A DNA stretch of 18,130 nt from Candidatus Rokuibacteriota bacterium (GTDB lineage: Bacteria > Methylomirabilota > Methylomirabilia > Rokubacteriales > DASRDR01): positions 1 to 18,130 of the forward strand of contig JBIOTN010000231.1 in assembly GCA_044866005.1 (NCBI GenBank), in the 5' to 3' direction. Position numbers and translations under genes: made by a program. The notes beneath the pieces were generated by a model, which was not told the DNA's origin, ran no database searches, and was given only the letters and a program-made list of their open reading frames with translations. Shown one piece after another: positions 1-7,431 of this stretch. Position 1 is the first letter of the stretch; the number at the start of each line of letters is the position of its first letter.

Positions 1-14
1 GGGCGGAGGACGGG

Positions 15-58
15 CCGGGGATCGGGCCCCGCCTGTCGGCCGTGTGCCCGATCCCCGG
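15..58 (-). terminator. GC-rich hairpin downstream of tRNA-Val (possible terminator or processing stem)
   Basis: Perfect 13-bp inverted repeat CCGGGGATCGGGC (15-27) / GCCCGATCCCCGG (46-58), 9 nt past the tRNA CCA end; no U-tract follows. Confidence 0.4.
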
Positions 59-67
59 GCGTCGAGG

Positions 68-143
68 TGGTGGACGATGCTGGACTCGAACCAGCGACCC
101 CCGGCATGTGAGGCCGGTGCTCTGCCAACTGAGCTAATCGTCC
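68..143 (-). tRNA. tRNA-Val (anticodon CAC)
   Basis: Reverse complement GGACGATTAGCTCAGTTGGCAGAGCACCGGCCTCACATGCCGGGGGTCGCTGGTTCGAGTCCAGCATCGTCCACCA (76 nt): acceptor stem GGACGAT/ATCGTCC, D-arm GCTC..GAGC, anticodon stem CCGGC/GCCGG with loop CT-CAC-AT, T-loop GGTTCGAGTCC, encoded CCA. Confidence 0.97.
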
Positions 144-153
144 GTGCCTTCAG

Positions 154-182
154 ACGCTACACAGTTCCGCCACGCGCGTCAA
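154..182 (-). promoter_or_regulatory. sigma70-type promoter for tRNA-Val
   Basis: Minus strand TTGACG (182-177), 17 bp spacer, TAGCGT (159-154), ending 10 nt upstream of the tRNA 5' end. Confidence 0.65.
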
Positions 183-250
183 GCGCGCGGGCCCGGCCGC
201 AGCGAGCTCGGAGCGTTTCGGAGTAAGCGAAGCTGTTGAGACACCCTCGG

Positions 251-340
251 TCCGCTCGGCAAAGCTTCCGCGAGGCGGCTTTGCCGCCGCAACCGGAAGG
301 GGGGGAATCCGGGGGGGGCTTCCGAGACCCCCCCGACAAA
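251..340 (-). repeat. Intergenic structured repeat, divergent family member (copy A)
   Basis: Starts right after the TAG of the 341..667 gene. Plus strand G7(299-305)-AATCC-G8(311-318)-CTTCCGAGA-C7(328-334), then hairpin GGCGGC-TTT-GCCGCC (274-288) and TCCGCTC motif (251-257); same order of modules as the copies at 11267 and 14955. Confidence 0.55.
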
Positions 341-667
341 CTAGACGAGGAGCCGGAGGGCCAGGTAGGTCAGGCCGGCGACGATGCCCATCAGCGTCGC
401 GTTGGCGAGGAGGAGCTCCCGGAAGAGATCGCGGAGCCGGGCGGCGGCCTCGCCTCCGAGGAGCGCCGACTGCCAGCTCGCCCTGAGGTTCGCCCCCAGG
501 TCGAGCAGGGCGACGACGACCGCGGCGGCGAGCAGCGCGCCGACGGCCGGGAGGACGCCCACCCGGTACCAGAGGACGCCCTCCGCCAGGCCGGCGACCA
601 CGTTGAGGACGAGCGTGCTGAGGGGGGCGAGCAGCCAGGAGACGACGCGGGGCCGGCGCTCGATCAC
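341..667 (-). CDS. Small hypothetical membrane protein (about 3 TM helices, 108 aa)
   Basis: Three hydrophobic stretches; its GTG start overlaps the kinase stop (GTGA at 667-664), implying translational coupling. Confidence 0.7.
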   Translation of the reverse strand: MIERRPRVVSWLLAPLSTLVLNVVAGLAEGVLWYRVGVLPAVGALLAAAVVVALLDLGANLRASWQSALLGGEAAARLRDLFRELLLANATLMGIVAGLTYLALRLLV

Positions 668-2232
668 GCGTCGCCCGTCCCCGACTGTCCCGCCAGCCTC
701 GCCACGACGGCGACGAGCTCCGCCGCCTGGACGGGCTTCGGGAGGTGCGCCTGGAAGCCGGCCTCGATCGCGCGCCGGGCGTCCTCGGCGCCGGCGTAGG
801 CCGTGAGCGCCACCGCGGGGATCGGCTGCGTGGCGCGGATCCGGCGGATCAGGCTGTAGCCGTCGTCATCGGGCATGGCGATGTCCGAGACCAGGACGTG
901 AGGCGCGACCATGGCGAGCGCCGTGCACGCCTCCTCGACCGACGCCGTCGTCGTGACGTCGGCGCCGCAGGCTTCGAGCATCGCCGCCAGGACCTCGCGC
1001 GCGTCCGCCTCGTCGTCCACGACGAGCACCCGGACCCCGTCCAGCACGGGGAGCGGCATCGCGTCGGCGAGGTCGGCCCGGCGACTCCGCGTCGGGGGCT
1101 GATCGACCATGAGCGGCAGCGTGACGCGGAAGGTCGAGCCGTGGCCTTCGCCGCGACTCTCGACCGAGACGGCGCCGCCGTGGAGGTCCACCAGGTGTCG
1201 CACGATGGCGAGGCCGATGCCGAGCCCGCCGTGGCCTCGCGTCAGCGACGCGTCGGCCTGGCTGAACCGGTCGAAGATCTCCGGCAGGAAGGCCGGGGAG
1301 ATCCCGCACCCCGTGTCCTGGACGCTCAGGGTCACGCTGGCGTCGTCCTGCTCGACGGTCACCGTGATCCGCCCGCCGGTCGGCGTGAACTTGATCGCGT
1401 TCGACAGGAGGTTGGAGACCACCTGCCGGAGCCGCGCGGCGTCGCCCATGACGAGCCCCGTGGCGTCGCGAGGGAGGAAGGTGAGCCGGATCTGCTTGGC
1501 GTCGGCCGCCGGCTGAGCCGCCTCGAGCGCGGCGTTGAGGACCGGGTGGAGCGTCATCGGCGCGAGGTCCACCGTGAGGCGTCCGCTGGCGATCCGGGAG
1601 AGGTCCAGGAGATCGTTGACGAGGTTGGCCTGGGCCTTGGCGTTCCGCTCGATCGTGTCGACCGCGCGCTTGATCACCGCGTCGTTCGACTTCGACCGCA
1701 GGACCTGGGCCCACCCGAGAACGGCCTGCAGCGGGGCGCGCAGCTCGTGGGACAGGGTGGCCAGGAAGTGGTCCTTCGCGCGGTTCGCCGCCTCCGCCTC
1801 GGTTCGGGCGGCCTGCGCGCGGGCGAGGAGCGCCGCGCGCTCCTCGTCGGCGCGCCGGCGCGGCGTGATGTCGGTCAGGACCAGTCCGATCCGCGCGCTC
1901 TCACCCCCTCCGCCCGCCGAGAGGGCATAGCCGGTGGCGAGCCAGTGGCGGGCCTGTCCCGAGGCGGCCGGTGCCTCATCCGTCAGCTCGAGGTCCACGA
2001 CCGGCTCGCCCGTCTCGACGACGCGGCGGAGCGCCGGCTCGAGCTTCGGGGTCAGGGCCGGAAAGACGTCCCGCAGCGCGCGGCCGCGACACTCGGTCGC
2101 CCGGACCCCCGCCATGGCCGCCATGGCGTCGTTGACGCGCACGTATCGGAGCCCGCGATCCAGGAGGGCGAGCCCGATCGGCGCCTTCATCACGAGCGTT
2201 TCGAAGAGCGTCAGGACGTCCTGGTCAGCCAC
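664..2232 (-). CDS. Cytoplasmic hybrid sensor histidine kinase (PAS-HisKA-HATPase-REC)
   Basis: PAS (APIGLALLDRGLRYVRVNDA), H-box FLATLSHELRAPL, N-box QVVSNLLSNAIKFT, G1 DTGCGI, G2 GGLGIGLAI, receiver VLVVDDE..SDIAMP..TAYA..KPV. Start set at GTG 2232 behind SD GGGAGGG; the ORF track starts at 2298. Confidence 0.93.
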   Translation of the reverse strand: MADQDVLTLFETLVMKAPIGLALLDRGLRYVRVNDAMAAMAGVRATECRGRALRDVFPALTPKLEPALRRVVETGEPVVDLELTDEAPAASGQARHWLATGYALSAGGGGESARIGLVLTDITPRRRADEERAALLARAQAARTEAEAANRAKDHFLATLSHELRAPLQAVLGWAQVLRSKSNDAVIKRAVDTIERNAKAQANLVNDLLDLSRIASGRLTVDLAPMTLHPVLNAALEAAQPAADAKQIRLTFLPRDATGLVMGDAARLRQVVSNLLSNAIKFTPTGGRITVTVEQDDASVTLSVQDTGCGISPAFLPEIFDRFSQADASLTRGHGGLGIGLAIVRHLVDLHGGAVSVESRGEGHGSTFRVTLPLMVDQPPTRSRRADLADAMPLPVLDGVRVLVVDDEADAREVLAAMLEACGADVTTTASVEEACTALAMVAPHVLVSDIAMPDDDGYSLIRRIRATQPIPAVALTAYAGAEDARRAIEAGFQAHLPKPVQAAELVAVVARLAGQSGTGDA

Positions 2233-2316
2233 GGTCCCTCCCCGAGCCTGCCGAGGGTGCGGATACGAAGGCTCAGGATAGGGGGAAGGCCCGGGCATTG
2301 ATATCCGGGCGATCCA

Positions 2317-2811
2317 TTAAGGTCGGGGCTCCGCGTCGAGGTACGGGTGCAGCCGCTCGAGGATCCCGCGCGCGTGCGTCCCGGCCCAGTAGACCCGGCC
2401 ACAGCCCTCGCAGCTCCAGAACGCCTCCTGCGTGGCGAGCGTGTAGGGCGGCACCCGGCCGCTGACCTCGGCGCGGTCCCGCGGCGCGAGGACGCCGTTA
2501 CAGGACAGGCACCGGCTCAAGGGGGCCCGGCCCGCGAGCCCGCAGGCCTCCATGACCTCGCGAAGCTGGCCGTCGAGGTCCTCCGCGCGGACCAGGAGGC
2601 CGGCCGCCCGGGCCCGGGCCGCGAGCGCGGCGTCGCGCGTCAGGAGCCGCCGGCGCTCCCGCAAGGCGATCCCCAGGAGCCGTGAGTCCGGGGCGTCGCG
2701 GGAGTAGAGCGTGTCGTAGCCCAGCGCGCGGAGCCAGCGCGCGAGCTTCCCCAGCATCACGTCCGCGACGAAGCGTGGCGCGTCCTCGGATCTCGTCGGC
2801 GCTCCTCCCAT
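2317..2811 (-). CDS. Mut7-C RNase domain protein (PIN-like fold with Zn ribbon)
   Basis: FVADVMLGKLARWLRALGYDT, LLTRD, RCLSCNG and FWSCEGCGRVYWAGTH motifs typical of Mut7-C/DUF82; ATG 2811 with GAGG SD. Confidence 0.88.
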   Translation of the reverse strand: MGGAPTRSEDAPRFVADVMLGKLARWLRALGYDTLYSRDAPDSRLLGIALRERRRLLTRDAALAARARAAGLLVRAEDLDGQLREVMEACGLAGRAPLSRCLSCNGVLAPRDRAEVSGRVPPYTLATQEAFWSCEGCGRVYWAGTHARGILERLHPYLDAEPRP

Positions 2812-2839
2812 TGCGACCTCGACGCGTGTATTGTATCCT
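2811..2839 (+). promoter_or_regulatory. sigma70-type promoter for pyrD, overlapping a divergent -10 for the Mut7-C gene
   Basis: Plus strand TTGCGA (2811-2816), 17 bp, TATCCT (2834-2839); minus-strand TACAAT at 2835-2830; AT-rich patch in a 39-bp divergent spacer. Confidence 0.5.
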
Positions 2840-2850
2840 GCCGGCTCGGC

Positions 2851-3885
2851 ATGCTGCTGGCGCTGGCCGATGCGCTCTATCGGCTTCTCTACGGCGGGCT
2901 GCTCGCGCGCCTCCCGGAGGAGCGCGCCGTGCGGATCGGTCAGGCGCTCCTGCGGGCGGCGCCGGTGGAGGCGCTCCGCGCCTTCACCCGCGACGACCCG
3001 CGCCTGGCCGTCGAGCTCGGCGGGGTCCTTCTCCCCAACCCCGTGATCCTGTCCTCGATGTACTACGACCTCGCGATCCTCCGGAAGGCCATGGCCCTCG
3101 GGTTCGGGGCCGTGACCACCAAGAGCATCACGCAGGGCCCCCGTCCCGGTCACCCCGAGCCCAACCTCGCCCGCGTGGTGACGCCGGAGGGGCCCGGCTT
3201 CGTCAACTGCAACGGCTTTCGGAACCCCGGCGTGGAGGCCTTCCGCCGCGCGCTCCCGCGGCTGCCGCGCCGGCGGCCCCTCATCGTCAGCGTGGCAGGC
3301 GAGTCGGTCGAGGAATACCGCCGGCTGGTCGAGACGCTCGAGCCGCTGGCCGACCTGGTCGAGGTGAACATCTCCTCGCCGAACACCCGCCTGGTCTACG
3401 AGCTCTCCGCCACTCCCGGGCGCGTGCGGGCGCTCCTGAAGGAGGTGCGGAGCGCGACGGCCAGGCCGATCATCGTGAAGCTCTCCCCCGACTACCCGGA
3501 GGAGAACCGGCGGGCCATCGTCCCCGCCGTCCTCGACGTCGGCATCGACGCCATCAACTTCGGCAACACGCGCCGCGTGGCAGAGCCGCGCCTGTCCCAG
3601 GGGGCCGGGGGGCTCTCGGGACCGGCGCTCTTCGACACGGTCCGCGCGACGATCGCCGAGCTGAGGCTGGCCGTCGGACCGCGTCTCGGCCTGATCGCGA
3701 CCGGCGGCATCGACAGCCCGGCGAAGGCCCTGGCCGCCATCGAGGCCGGCGCCGACGCCGTCAGCTATTTCACCGCCTTCGTCACGCGCGGGCCGACGCT
3801 GGCGCGACGGATCTGCGACGCGCTCGTCGCGACGGTCACCTCGCGCGGGCTCGGCCGCGTCGCCGAGCTGCGCGGCGGCCGCTGA
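2851..3885 (+). CDS. pyrD: Dihydroorotate dehydrogenase
   Basis: PNPVIL, GFGAVTTKSIT, VNCNGFRNPG, EVNISSPNT (catalytic Ser), IIVKLSPD, GNT, GGLSG, ATGGI, GADAV FMN TIM-barrel motifs. Confidence 0.88.
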   Translation: MLLALADALYRLLYGGLLARLPEERAVRIGQALLRAAPVEALRAFTRDDPRLAVELGGVLLPNPVILSSMYYDLAILRKAMALGFGAVTTKSITQGPRPGHPEPNLARVVTPEGPGFVNCNGFRNPGVEAFRRALPRLPRRRPLIVSVAGESVEEYRRLVETLEPLADLVEVNISSPNTRLVYELSATPGRVRALLKEVRSATARPIIVKLSPDYPEENRRAIVPAVLDVGIDAINFGNTRRVAEPRLSQGAGGLSGPALFDTVRATIAELRLAVGPRLGLIATGGIDSPAKALAAIEAGADAVSYFTAFVTRGPTLARRICDALVATVTSRGLGRVAELRGGR

Positions 3886-3921
3886 GGCCTCGGAGGGGGA
3901 CGTTTGCCCCCTCCGACGGCC
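3886..3921 (+). repeat. Palindromic core of the intergenic repeat family (copy B, truncated)
   Basis: TCGGAGGGGG (3890-3899)-ACGTTTG-CCCCCTCCGA (3907-3916), identical 10-bp arms to the stem at 11344-11372; 4 nt after the pyrD TGA, between convergent pyrD and radC. Confidence 0.7.
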
Positions 3922-4020
3922 CTCGCGGCGTCCGCCGGCGCCGTTCTGGTCGATCGGCGGCCGGGCCTGCGTCCCGGCCGTGATGCGGGACGCCGGGATG
4001 CGACGCTCGTCGGCCCGGCC

Positions 4021-4710
4021 TCACAGCACGCCGCGCTGGGCCAGGCTCACGTGCCGTCCCTGACCGATGACGACGTGGTCGTGAATCCGCAACCCCAGCA
4101 GGCGCGCGCCCTCGACGAGCTGGCGGGTCAGGTGGATGTCCTCCTTGGACGGCGTCGGGTCCCCGGAGGGGTGGTTGTGGACCAGGATCAGGTGCGCGGC
4201 GGCCTCGAGGATGGCCGCGCGGAACACCTCGCGCGGGTGCACGATGGAAGCGGACAGGCTGCCCTCCGAGATCAGCACGTCCCGTAACAGGCCGTTCTGG
4301 CTGTCGAGCAGCGCGACGCGGAACACCTCCTTCTTCTTCGTCTCCAGGATCGGCCCGAAATAGCCCGCCACCTCCTCGGGACTCGACAGGCGCACGCGCC
4401 CGCCGTTCGGCCGGGCCCGTAGCCGCCGCGCCAGCTCGACGGCCGCGCCGACCCGGACCGCCCGGGCGATGCCCAGCCCGGCCACCCACGCGAGCTCCTG
4501 CACCTCGCGACTCGCGACCTCGCCCAGCGAGCCGAACGCCGCGAGGAGCGCCTGCGCCTGATCGAGCGCCGTCTGGCCGGGTACGCCCGCGCCCAGCAGG
4601 ATCGCGAGGCACTCGCCGTCGCTGAGCGCCTCCGGCCCCTTCGTGAGGAACCGCTCGCGAGGCCGATCCTCGGCGGGCCACTCGCGGATCGTGGGGCGCG
4701 CGACGCTCAT
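4021..4710 (-). CDS. radC: RadC family protein (HhH plus JAB/MPN domain)
   Basis: EDRPRERFLTKGPEALSDGECLAILL, IVHPREVF, HNHPSGDPTPSKED, HDHVVIG; start at ATG 4710 (MSVARPTIREW). Confidence 0.93.
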   Translation of the reverse strand: MSVARPTIREWPAEDRPRERFLTKGPEALSDGECLAILLGAGVPGQTALDQAQALLAAFGSLGEVASREVQELAWVAGLGIARAVRVGAAVELARRLRARPNGGRVRLSSPEEVAGYFGPILETKKKEVFRVALLDSQNGLLRDVLISEGSLSASIVHPREVFRAAILEAAAHLILVHNHPSGDPTPSKEDIHLTRQLVEGARLLGLRIHDHVVIGQGRHVSLAQRGVL

Positions 4711-4723
4711 GCCCGACCGCCGG

Positions 4724-4739
4724 AGCAAGCAGGGTGCCA
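4724..4739 (-). promoter_or_regulatory. sigma54 (RpoN) -24/-12 promoter upstream of radC
   Basis: Minus strand TGGCAC-CCTGC-TTGCT matches TGGCAC-N5-TTGCW with exact spacing; intergenic, correctly oriented, 13 nt upstream of the radC ATG. Confidence 0.7.
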
Positions 4740-4927
4740 CGTGGCCGCCGCGGCCGGACTCGCCCGACGCCACGACTCGGGACCGGGTTTCCGCGATCGG
4801 GGAGGCGAGGTCGGGGCCCCGGGCGTATCGCCCGGGGCACGGCCGCGCCCTGGAAGGGACACCTCGCCGGGCCGGCGGTCGGCGCCGGGCGTGAGCCCGG
4901 CGATCGGTCACGCCCTGCCCGGGGCCG

Positions 4928-5425
4928 TCAGGCCGGGCGGATCTGCCACTCGGCCGGCACGCCCGCGAGCTCGATGGCGCGCGGCTCGTCCCCCGCCCCT
5001 TCGATCCGCACGTGGACGGTGCGCGCCGGCAGGAGCGGCCCGGCCTTCTCGCCCCACTCGAGGACGGTGACGCCGTCGCCCGAGAGGAGCTCCTCGAGGC
5101 CGAGGCTCCGGATCTCCTCGAGGCTGTCGGTCCGGTAGAGGTCCACGTGATGGAGCGGGAGCCGGCCGGCGTACTCCGCGACGAGGATGAAGGTCGGACT
5201 GGTGACCGGCTCGACGACGCCGAGGCCGGCGGCGACGCCCTGGATGAAGCAGGTCTTCCCCGCGCCGAGCTCGCCGTGGAGGGCGATCACGTCGCCTGGT
5301 CGTGCCCGGCGCCCCAGGCGGGCGCCGATCTCGCGGGTCGTCTCGGGGCTCGCGCTCGACAGCCGCAGGGACCGTCGCGGGCCGGGCTGTCGCGGGTCCG
5401 GCGCCGTCGCGCCCGCGTCGCTCAG
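4928..5425 (-). CDS. tsaE: tRNA threonylcarbamoyladenosine biosynthesis ATPase TsaE (probable CTG start)
   Basis: GELGAGKT Walker A, VTSPTF, HVDLYR, LEW. Manual translation upstream of GTG 5290 gives the conserved N-terminus SSASPETTREIGARLGRRARPGD in frame, open to CTG 5425. Confidence 0.9.
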   Translation of the reverse strand: MSDAGATAPDPRQPGPRRSLRLSSASPETTREIGARLGRRARPGDVIALHGELGAGKTCFIQGVAAGLGVVEPVTSPTFILVAEYAGRLPLHHVDLYRTDSLEEIRSLGLEELLSGDGVTVLEWGEKAGPLLPARTVHVRIEGAGDEPRAIELAGVPAEWQIRPA

Positions 5426-6993
5426 GTGGGCTCACCCCCGCGGAGCGCCCGGAGCGCCGCGGGGAGCCCGTCGGCCACCTCGCTCGCCAGGAGCCCGGCT
5501 TCGCCGCGCGCCGCAGCGACCCGATCGGCTGCCCGGCCGTGGAGGTACACGGCGACGCGGAGCGCGGCCTCGGGGGCGAGGCCCTGGGCCAGGAAGCCGC
5601 CCGCCACCCCGGTCAGGACGTCGCCCATCCCGCCCGTCGCCATGCCCGGATTCCCGGTCGGGTTGACGGCCGACTCGCCCTCCGGGCTCACCACGACCGT
5701 TCCGGCGCCTTTCAGCGCGATCCAGGCGCCGGTCTCTCCGGCGAGCCGCCGGGCGCTCTCGATCCGGTCCGCCTGGACCTCGGCGGCGCTTCGGCCGAGG
5801 AGCCGGGCGGCCTCGCCGGGGTGCGGGGTCAGGAGGCGCGGGCCCCGCGCCTCCTTGAGGCTCGCCAGGTGCCCGACGAGCGCCGTCAAGCCGTCCGCGT
5901 CCACGACCATGGGCCGCTCGACCGCCAGCACGAGCTCCCGGAGCGCCGCCTGGGTCTCGGGCTCGAGGCCCGCGCCGGGCCCCAGCGCCACGGCGTCCAT
6001 GCGCGCGGCGAGCTCGAAGAGCCGCCCGAGCCCCTTGCCGGAGAGGCTCTGCGCCGCGGTCTCCGGCAACGGCTCCGTCATCGTTTCGGCCAGGCGCGCC
6101 GCGACCACCGGCTGCTGGGAGGCCGGGAGCGCGCACGTGACGAGCCCGGTGCCGGCCCGGTGCGCGCCGAGACAGGTGAGGACCGCCGCGCCGGTCTTGC
6201 CCACCGAGCCGGCGACGACCAGGAGGTGCCCGTAGCGGCCCTTGTGGGCGTCGGGCGCGCGGGCGGGCAGCGCCGCGCGGACGTCGTCGTGCTCGAGGAG
6301 GCCGAGGCGGATCCCCTCCCCCAGCCAGGCGCGCGGCACGCCGAGGTCCACGAGCTCGACGTGGCCCGCGAGCTGCGAGGCGGGGTGAAGGAAGAGGGCG
6401 CGCTTGGGCAGGCCGAACGTGACGGTGAACCGCGCGCGGACCGCCGGCCCGGGCACCTCGCCGCGGTCGGCGGAAAGCCCGGAGGGAAGGTCGAGGGCGC
6501 AGACGGGCCGCCCCGCCTCGTTCAGCGCCGTGATGGCGGCGGCGACGAGCCCCGTCGCGGGGCCGGTCACCCCGGTCCCGAGGAGCGCGTCCACGGCGAG
6601 GTCCGCCTCGCGGAAGGCCGCCCGGAGGCCCTCGATCCCCGTCGGTCCGGCTGCCCCGGTCACCTCGTTCACCGGAAGGCCGCCCCGCCGCAGGATGTCG
6701 AGAGTCGTCGCCGCGTCCCCGCGGACCTCTCCGGCTTGCCCGATGAGCCAGACGCCGACGGCGGCCCCGCGCGCGGCCAGGTGCCGCGCCACGACGAAGC
6801 CGTCCCCGCCGTTGTTCCCCTTGCCGCAGACCACCACGACGCGCCGCCCGCGCGCCGGCCCGACGCGCCGCTCGATCGCGTCCGCCGCGCCCCGGCCGGC
6901 GTTCTCCATCAGGAGCAGGCTCGGCACCCCGAACCGCTCGGTGGCGCACCGGTCGGCCCGGCGCATCTCGTCGGCCGTCGCGAGCGGGATCAC
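5422..6993 (-). CDS. nnr: Bifunctional NAD(P)H-hydrate epimerase/dehydratase (YjeF)
   Basis: LMENAG, GKGNNGGDG, DALLGTG, DLPSG, HKGRYG, VDADGL, TPHPGE, LKGA, MATGGMGDVLTG; GTG start 6993 overlaps the acpS stop (GTGA). Confidence 0.95.
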   Translation of the reverse strand: MIPLATADEMRRADRCATERFGVPSLLLMENAGRGAADAIERRVGPARGRRVVVVCGKGNNGGDGFVVARHLAARGAAVGVWLIGQAGEVRGDAATTLDILRRGGLPVNEVTGAAGPTGIEGLRAAFREADLAVDALLGTGVTGPATGLVAAAITALNEAGRPVCALDLPSGLSADRGEVPGPAVRARFTVTFGLPKRALFLHPASQLAGHVELVDLGVPRAWLGEGIRLGLLEHDDVRAALPARAPDAHKGRYGHLLVVAGSVGKTGAAVLTCLGAHRAGTGLVTCALPASQQPVVAARLAETMTEPLPETAAQSLSGKGLGRLFELAARMDAVALGPGAGLEPETQAALRELVLAVERPMVVDADGLTALVGHLASLKEARGPRLLTPHPGEAARLLGRSAAEVQADRIESARRLAGETGAWIALKGAGTVVVSPEGESAVNPTGNPGMATGGMGDVLTGVAGGFLAQGLAPEAALRVAVYLHGRAADRVAAARGEAGLLASEVADGLPAALRALRGGEPT

Positions 6994-7394
6994 GCGGTCG
7001 GCCCCGGCGTCGGCGGCTCGCCCTCCGCGACGACCTGCGCCATCGCGTACTCCCCGTCGTGGGCGAGCGAGACGTGAAGGGCGCGCACGCCGCGCTCCGC
7101 GCTGAGCTCGGCCGTGCGCCCCGTGACGGACAGCCGCGGCCGTTCCCCGCGCCCTCGCCGGACCTCCATCTCGCGCCAGCGGACGCCCAGGGTCAGCCCG
7201 GTCCCGAGCGCCTTCAGCGTCGCCTCCTTGGCCGCGAAGCGCGCGGCGAGGTGCTCCGCGGGGTCGCGGCGCCGCCGCGCGTAGGCGAGCTCCTCGGCCG
7301 TGAAGACGCGCGCCAGGAAGCGGTCCTGCCATCGCTCCATGGCGCGCCGGATGCGACCGATCCGGACGAGGTCCACGCCCACCCCGACGATCAC
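6990..7394 (-). CDS. acpS: Holo-[acyl-carrier-protein] synthase
   Basis: IVGVGVDLV, LAARFAAKEATLKALGTG, VSLAHD; GTG 7394 with SD AAGGGAG. Confidence 0.95.
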   Translation of the reverse strand: MIVGVGVDLVRIGRIRRAMERWQDRFLARVFTAEELAYARRRRDPAEHLAARFAAKEATLKALGTGLTLGVRWREMEVRRGRGERPRLSVTGRTAELSAERGVRALHVSLAHDGEYAMAQVVAEGEPPTPGPTA

Positions 7395-7431
7395 GACGGC
7401 TCCCTTCTCGGCGCCTGGCCGGCCGGCGGCG

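Noticed and set aside
68..143. tRNA-Val as an integration site
   Set aside because: No integrase and no duplicated tRNA 3' end in the window; only 67 bp downstream are visible, so it cannot be assessed.
44..226. 60-aa plus-strand ORF
   Set aside because: Antisense to tRNA-Val; spurious.
225..247. GCTGTTGAGA stretch resembling an IS or MITE terminal repeat
   Set aside because: No matching opposite end, target duplication or transposase found in the window.
4021..4710. radC as a marker of a mobile element or CBASS-like JAB defence system
   Set aside because: Full-length chromosomal HhH+JAB type with no E1/E2, cyclase or mobile-element neighbours.
4908..5435. 175-aa minus-strand ORF as a real gene or frameshifted tsaE N-terminus
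   Set aside because: Arg/Pro-rich nonsense; the true TsaE N-terminus is in frame with the rest of tsaE.
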